Source of the DNA: Eledone cirrhosa | Lineage: Eukaryota | Direction of reading: 5' to 3' | DNA length: 64,000 bases | Assembly: GCA_964016885.1 (NCBI GenBank) | Contig: OZ024746.1 | Coordinates: forward strand, 77,314,001 to 77,378,000 | Part shown: in pieces, positions 57,528 through 64,000 of the stretch | How the letters are laid out: every line of letters starts with the position of its first letter | Position numbering within the stretch: position 1 is the first letter of the stretch | The notes under the pieces: model-generated | The model's input: only the letters and a program-made list of their open reading frames with translations | Databases searched by the model: none | What the model was told of the DNA's origin: nothing | Translations under genes and position numbers: made by a program

Positions 57528-60500
57528 ATCATCATCATCATCATCATCATCATCAGGTTTAGCGTCCGTGTTCCACGCTTGTATGGGTTTGGACGGGGGT
57601 TTTCCCACTTGAGGCAAGAGTGGTTGTCTTGCTCGCATAGGACTGTCTGGCGGGTTTTCTACAGTTGGATGCCTTCCTAACACCAACCACATTTACAGTG
57701 TGGGGCTGGAGGTTTTTACCGTGTTGCCTACACGGCCACATTACAGCGTGGACTGTCTGGCTGGTTTACTACAGTCTGGATGCCCTTCCTAACACCAACC
57801 ACATTTACAGTGTGGGGCTGGGAGGTTTTTACCGTGTTGCCTACACGGCCACATTTACAGCGTGGACTGTGTGTTTTTTGTCGTGACACCTACACGATCT
57901 CATTTGTTTCGGCCTGGATGTTGTGGGACCAACATAACTTTGCATTGAAAGGGGCGGTGTGGGTGGGGTGGAGGTGGTGGGACGGGGGTGTGTTTTGATA
58001 GAGGTGCCTACTGACTGTAGTAGGTTTTTACTTTGTATTTAGGTAAGGCGGGTCTTCTCTATTACTGAGTACCGCCAAAGGTCTCGGTCCAGTGACATTG
58101 TCTTGGAGAGGTGTAAGCGAGTGAGGTCGGAATTTATCAGCTCGTCCCATGTTTTTCTGGGTCTGCCTACTCCGTGGCTACCGTCTATCTTTATTGCCCT
58201 GCACTTTGTTATACAGCTGTCGTCTTTCATGCGCATCACGTGACCGTACCAACGTAGCCTTCTCTCGAGTAAACAACATCTGATCCCTCTTATTTCTAAT
58301 TTTTTCCTTAGTTCGTTTTATGCTTTGCCGTTCACGTATATTACTATTGCACATCCAGCGGAGCATGCAAGCTTCGTTCCTCTCTAGTCTGCGTATATCC
58401 TCTGCAACACAATGCCCAGGTCTCACTGCCATGCAGCATTGCTGTTCGTATGCAGGCATCGTATAACCTGCCTTTCATTTTTAGGGAGAACCCTCTAGCG
58501 GCTAATAGTGGTATAAGCTCTCTGAACTTTTTCCATCCAGTTCTGACTCTAGCTACTGTACTTTCAGAGCACCCTCCCCCACTGCTGATTTTGTCACCCA
58601 GATAACGGAAGCTGTCCACTATTTCTATAGAACCCTCTGCGCAGTTGAAGGAGCTAGTATTTTGTGGGCACTTGCTGCTACTTATTGCACCAGAGCACCG
58701 GCCACATGTAAAATCTATGTTCTTAGTTAGCTTACCTGTGATCCCACTACATCTTTATGCACCCATACTTGCATTTGGGACATAAAATGGAGTTTCTACC
58801 TACGCCTTTCCTACACACTGAGCATGGCCATTTCCCCGATGGGACCGCCGCCTTATTTTCTTTCCTACAAACTAGAACTTTAGTCTTAGCCAGGTTAATT
58901 TTAAGGCCTTTTGATTCTAGGCGTGCTTCCACGTTTGGAATTTCTTCTCTAGTTCGGTCATTGATTCAGCTATGAGCGTTAGATCATCTGCGTATAGGAG
59001 TTCCCATGGCAGCCGGTCTTGAACTCCTCTGTTATAGCCTGAAGGGCAATAATAAATAGTAGGGGGCTAAGTACTGAGCCCTGATGGACACCAACTTTTA
59101 CGCTAAACTCTTCACTATATTCGTTGTTAATTCTAACCTTACTGACTGTTTCTTTATACATGGCTTGTATAGCTCTCACAAGCCATTCGTCAACACCTAG
59201 TTTTCTAAGAGACCACCAGATAATGGAACGGGGGACTCTGTCGAAGGCTTTCTCCAAGTCGACAAAAGCTAAGTATAGGGGTTTACTTTTAGCTAGGTAC
59301 TTCTCCTGTAGTTGTCGTACAATGAAAAGAGCGTCTGTGGTACTTTTGCCTGACACAAACCCGAACTGCATTTCATCTAGATCAATTCTCTCTCTGATTA
59401 GTTGCGTTATTACTTTTTCCGTGACCTTCATGACCTGGTCGATTAATTTAATGCCTCTATAGTTACTCCTATCTAGGGCATCTCCTTTTCCCTTATAGCA
59501 GTTAACGATGATGCTGCTACGCCATTCCTTCGGAACAACCCCATTCTGTACGACTTGGTTAACTATCCGGGTGACCATGGTGTGTCCCACCGAACCAGAT
59601 GCCTTCAGCATCTCAGCAACTATTTCCGAAGGCCCAGCCGCCTTACCCGTCTTCATATCTTTGATTGCCTTACTTATTATACTACCTTCAACTAACACTG
59701 CTGGTCCCTCTATTGGATCGATCTGGGGGAGACTGTCTTTCTCCCATTTGTTCTCCTCATTTAGAAGCCTTTCGTAGTGACACTTCCAAGCTACCTTCTT
59801 ATCAGCGTCGGTGATGGCAAGTATGCCATCATCGTTAAGTACACACTTCTCCCCGACAATATCACGGTTTTCCTTGACACATTGCCTGGCAATCCTGAGC
59901 ACCTCACGTTTTTGGTCCTCACGTTGTAGAACATGCTTGAACTTTCTTTCCTCTGCTTCCCTTCTTGCGAAGTACACTTGTCTCCTAGCTTCCCTCCTGG
60001 CCACTTGATAGTCTTCTCTACTTCCCCCATCCCGCCATACTTTCCAAGCCTGCTTTTTGGCCTTAATTGACTCCTCCACCTTACTGTTCCACCACCATGT
60101 TACTCTCCTCCTACCTACAGGCCTGCTCCAGCCACAGACTTCGTCTGCCGCCGTCAGCAGGTTTGCTCTCAGGAATTCCCACTGTTCCTCTATATTATAC
60201 GACTCTAATTGCTCTTCCTTACTGTCGAAAGCGTCAAGTAATTTGCTTTGAAATTTATTTCTGGCTATGGGGTCCTTTAGCTTCCATATTTTTCTCCTGA
60301 GGATAGTCCTCTTTCGCTGTCTAGTACGTCTCGTCCTGACTATGAGGTCGCTAATTATCAGTCTATGTTGGGAGGTGAATTCTTCATGGGGGTGGGATTT
60401 AGTGTTAACAACAGACACTCTGTCACGTCTTCTGGTAAGGATATAATCTACCTGGCTTGTGTGTTCCCCCGATCTATAGGTGATCAAGTGATTGTCTCGT

Positions 60501-61287
60501 TTTTTGAAGTTAGTGTTACAGATAGTTAAGTTATTTGCGTCGCAGAATTCCAGGATTCTGGAGCCTTCCTCATTTCTAGTACCGAACCCATAGCCTCCAT
60601 GGATTCCGTCATAGCCGTCACAATGTTGTCCAACGTGACCATTTAGGTCGCCTGCAATAACTATATAGTCACTGTCGGTTATTTGGGAGGTAGCGAGCAT
60701 CAGTGTCTCGTAGAATCTGTCTTTTATAGCGCGGGGCTGTCCGGATTGGGGTGCGTACGCAGATATTACTGTCACCGTAGTTTTATTGAGGACAAGTCTT
60801 ATTTTAATTATTCTGTCGTTCACTCTATTTACGTCTATTATCTTATCTGCCCACTTTTCTGCTACCATGATTCCTACCCCACCCAACCCATTGTCATTTC
60901 CCACCCAGAAAAGCTTATAGCATCGCTCTTTACCCACGATGAATCTAGCCGACCCTCCCCTCCACCTGGTCTCTTGAATACAACAAACATCGACCTCCTT
61001 ACGTTCAAGCATTTCTACAACCTTGTTAGAGCGACCCTTTAAGGTGCCTACATTCATGGTACCAACTCTGAAGTTTTGGATTGCGTTTGGAGGGTGGGAG
61101 CGGTGGGGCGCGGGGGGGGATGGGGTTATGTTAGCCATCCTGGGCCGAAACAAGGAGGAGTGCTTGCATTCTCGTCCACGAGGTGAATTTGGCTTTATCT
61201 TTGGCATTGTCGCTGAGCGTCCACATTTTTCTCTCTTCAACTCTCCAGGATTCCGTAGTCCATCCATCATATCGAAAAGCAACCAGT
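57528..61287 (-). mobile_element. Near full-length RTE-clade LINE (subfamily A): APE endonuclease, RT, PHD-like finger, about 500-nt 3' UTR and (TGA)n tail
   Basis: ORF 58979-61282 continues through frameshifted pieces to a stop at about 58039. Confidence 0.95.
58979..61282 (-). CDS. RTE ORF, N-terminal 767 aa: apurinic-like endonuclease and most of the reverse transcriptase (frameshifted just before YADD)
   Basis: GTMNVGTL, IQETRW, SAYAPQ, GDLNGHVG, QVDYIL and SQHRLI (APE); NYRGIKL, MQFGF, FVDLEKAFDRV and GVHQGSVLSPLLF (RT). Confidence 0.9.
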   Translation of the reverse strand: MLFDMMDGLRNPGELKREKCGRSATMPKIKPNSPRGRECKHSSLFRPRMANITPSPPAPHRSHPPNAIQNFRVGTMNVGTLKGRSNKVVEMLERKEVDVCCIQETRWRGGSARFIVGKERCYKLFWVGNDNGLGGVGIMVAEKWADKIIDVNRVNDRIIKIRLVLNKTTVTVISAYAPQSGQPRAIKDRFYETLMLATSQITDSDYIVIAGDLNGHVGQHCDGYDGIHGGYGFGTRNEEGSRILEFCDANNLTICNTNFKKRDNHLITYRSGEHTSQVDYILTRRRDRVSVVNTKSHPHEEFTSQHRLIISDLIVRTRRTRQRKRTILRRKIWKLKDPIARNKFQSKLLDAFDSKEEQLESYNIEEQWEFLRANLLTAADEVCGWSRPVGRRRVTWWWNSKVEESIKAKKQAWKVWRDGGSREDYQVARREARRQVYFARREAEERKFKHVLQREDQKREVLRIARQCVKENRDIVGEKCVLNDDGILAITDADKKVAWKCHYERLLNEENKWEKDSLPQIDPIEGPAVLVEGSIISKAIKDMKTGKAAGPSEIVAEMLKASGSVGHTMVTRIVNQVVQNGVVPKEWRSSIIVNCYKGKGDALDRSNYRGIKLIDQVMKVTEKVITQLIRERIDLDEMQFGFVSGKSTTDALFIVRQLQEKYLAKSKPLYLAFVDLEKAFDRVPRSIIWWSLRKLGVDEWLVRAIQAMYKETVSKVRINNEYSEEFSVKVGVHQGSVLSPLLFIIALQAITEEFKTGCHGNSYTQMI

Positions 61288-61310
61288 TATATATATATTA
61301 TATATATATA

Positions 61311-61352
<42 letters not shown>

Positions 61353-61469
61353 ATATAATATATATAATATATATATATAATATATATATAATATATATAT
61401 ATAATATATATATATAATATATATATATATTATATATATATATTATATATATATATTATATATATATAT

Positions 61470-61501
<32 letters not shown>

Positions 61502-61606
61502 GTTATATATATTATATATATATATATATATTATATATATATGTTATATATATTATATATATATATATTATATATATATGTTATATATATTATATATATA
61601 TATATT

Positions 61607-63040
61607 ATCATCATCATCATCATCGTCATCATTTTACGTCCGCTTTTCCCTGCTTGCAAGGGTGGGACGGGTCTTATTCAGCACAGCATCTCTCCACTCG
61701 TCACGGTCCCTCGTCACCTCTACCGTGAGCTTCAATGATCTGAGGTCTGTTCTCACCACTTCAGTCCATGTTTTTCGTGGTCTACCTCCACCACGTCTTC
61801 CCTCAACTGGCATTTCCTGGCACTTCTTCACCCATCGGTCATCCTCCATGCGCATCACATGTCCATACCACCTCAGTCTCCTCTCCCGTACACTACATTC
61901 TATTCCTCTCAGACACAGTTTCTCTCTCAACACATTTATGCTGGGTCGTTCACGCACATTTACACTGCACATCCAACGGAGCATGCTTGCCTCATTTCTC
62001 TCCAGCCGTCGCATATCCTCTGCGGTTGCTGCCCATGTCTCACTACCATGCAGCATCGCGCTCCTCACACAGGCATCATACAACCGGCCTTTCGTACGCA
62101 GGGAGAAACCCTTCTTCGTCAACAGAGGAAGCAGCTCCCTAAACTTCTTCCAACCCGTCCTTATTCTAGATACTATGGCCTCGGAACACCCTCCTCCCAT
62201 GCTAATCTGATCTCCTAGGTACCGGAAGCTATCCACCACTTCTATAGCGCCCTCTCGCATTTGAAAAATGTGTCTATCAGTGCGACTTCTACTGTCTAAT
62301 TTCTCTGTACATCTACTGCATACATATTTCTCCCTACCTGTTAGTTTGCCTGCTATCCCGCTAGATCTCTTGTGTACCCAGGACCTGCATTGTGTGCATT
62401 TTATAGAATTTATGCCAGTTCCTTTTCTGCATATCGAACATGGCCATTTCCCTGACGGAATCAGGGTTTTGTCCTCTTTTCTACTCATCAACACTTTTGT
62501 CTTAGCTAGATTTACTCTCAGTCCTCTTGCTTCCAACTGCTGTTTCCATAGCCGGAATTTATTCTCTAGCTCCTCTACTGATTCTGCCATAAGAGCCAGA
62601 TCGTCAGCATAGAGAAGTTCCCATGGACAGCCAGTCTTAAACTCCTCTGTTATGGCTTGGAGGACTATAATGAACAAGAGCGGGCTGAGGACCGAACCCT
62701 GATGTACTCCTACTTGTATCTGGAATTCCTCACTAAACTCCATTCCTACCCTGACTTTACTGAGAGTACCTCTGTACAAAGTTTGCACTGTCCTCACAAG
62801 CCATTCCTCAACACCCAGCTTCCTTAGGGACCACCAGATGACAGATCGGGGTACCCTATCAAAGGCCTTCTCTAGGTCAACAAAGGCTAAGTATAGTGGC
62901 TTATTCTTCTCTAAGAACCTCTCTTGCATTTGTCTCACCAAGAAGAGGGCATCTGTTGTACTCTTCCCAGGCACAAAACCAAACTGCATCTCATCTAGTT
63001 TGACCCTTTCTCTAATTAGTTGTGCTAAAATCCTTTCTGT
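61607..63040 (-). mobile_element. RTE-clade LINE subfamily B, 5'-truncated, with an uninterrupted ORF to the tail
   Basis: ORF 61634-62989 ends ...TRPTLASREKRT* directly before (TGA)n. Confidence 0.95.
61634..62989 (-). CDS. RTE reverse transcriptase C-terminal 451 aa with an embedded PHD-like finger
   Basis: FVDLEKAFDRV, GVHQGSVLSP, LLYADDL, CSIC..CTQC..WVHKRS..CSRC, FRYLGD, MLHGSETW, LRWYGHVMR, GRPRKTW. Confidence 0.92.
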   Translation of the reverse strand: MQFGFVPGKSTTDALFLVRQMQERFLEKNKPLYLAFVDLEKAFDRVPRSVIWWSLRKLGVEEWLVRTVQTLYRGTLSKVRVGMEFSEEFQIQVGVHQGSVLSPLLFIIVLQAITEEFKTGCPWELLYADDLALMAESVEELENKFRLWKQQLEARGLRVNLAKTKVLMSRKEDKTLIPSGKWPCSICRKGTGINSIKCTQCRSWVHKRSSGIAGKLTGREKYVCSRCTEKLDSRSRTDRHIFQMREGAIEVVDSFRYLGDQISMGGGCSEAIVSRIRTGWKKFRELLPLLTKKGFSLRTKGRLYDACVRSAMLHGSETWAATAEDMRRLERNEASMLRWMCSVNVRERPSINVLREKLCLRGIECSVRERRLRWYGHVMRMEDDRWVKKCQEMPVEGRRGGGRPRKTWTEVVRTDLRSLKLTVEVTRDRDEWRDAVLNKTRPTLASREKRT

Positions 63041-63063
63041 ATATATAATATATATATATATTA

Positions 63064-63112
<49 letters not shown>

Positions 63113-63210
63113 TATTTATATATATATATATATATCATATTTATATATATATATATATTATTTATATATATATATATATTATATTTATATATATATATAT
63201 ATATATATTA

Positions 63211-63246
<36 letters not shown>

Positions 63247-63352
63247 TGATATATATATATTATATTTATATATATATATATTATATTTATATATATTGAT
63301 ATATATATATTATATTTATATATATATATATTATATTTATATATATTATATA

Positions 63353-63391
<39 letters not shown>

Positions 63392-63439
63392 TTATATATA
63401 TTATATTTATATATATTATATTTATATATATTATATATA

Positions 63440-63496
<57 letters not shown>

Positions 63497-63502
63497 TATA
63501 TT

Positions 63503-63534
<32 letters not shown>

Positions 63535-63548
63535 ATTATATTTATATA

Positions 63549-63580
<32 letters not shown>

Positions 63581-63844
63581 TATATTTATATATTATATTT
63601 ATATATATATATTATATATATATATATATTATATTTATATATATTTTATATATTATATATATATATTATATTTATATTATATATATATATTATATATATA
63701 TATATATATTATATATATATATTATATTTATATATATATATTATATTTATATATATATATTATATTTATATATATATATATATTATATATATATAATATA
63801 TTTATATATATATATATATTATATTTATATATATATATATATTA

Positions 63845-63890
<46 letters not shown>

Positions 63891-64000
63891 ATTATATATA
63901 TTATATATATATATTATATATATTATATATATATATTATATATATTATATATATATATTATATATATTATATATATATATATTATATTTATATATATATA
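63041..64000. repeat. Irregular (TA)n tract (similar tracts at 53270-54080, 56270-57527 and 61288-61606)
   Basis: Direct inspection. Confidence 0.97.

Overview
AT-rich, repeat-saturated animal genomic DNA with no recognisable host exon, so probably intergenic or a large intron. The SINE/LINE complement and the very large (TA)n/(CA)n tracts most resemble a cephalopod such as Octopus, which is an inference. Almost all long ORFs in the track are microsatellite artefacts. Real coding remnants are all transposon-derived: a CR1-type RT fragment (1-790), a decayed maT/DD37D-type mariner (about 10.6-11.7 kb), a 5'-truncated L1/Tx1 element (39.1-41.1 kb) and four young RTE-clade LINE copies from two subfamilies (34.5-35.3, 54.1-56.3, 57.5-61.3, 61.6-63.0 kb). 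There are also many tRNA-derived SINEs and several MITEs. The most interesting signal is a set of non-coding, hammerhead-ribozyme-carrying elements with long fold-back palindromes (3.67-4.61 kb and 28.5-29.6 kb), which look like Penelope-mobilised retrozymes or pLTRs. Also notable are a C4HC3 PHD-like zinc finger embedded in the RTE reverse transcriptases, a SINE-LINE pair sharing an identical 41-nt tail, and a LINE subfamily whose 3' UTR carries a SINE-like module.
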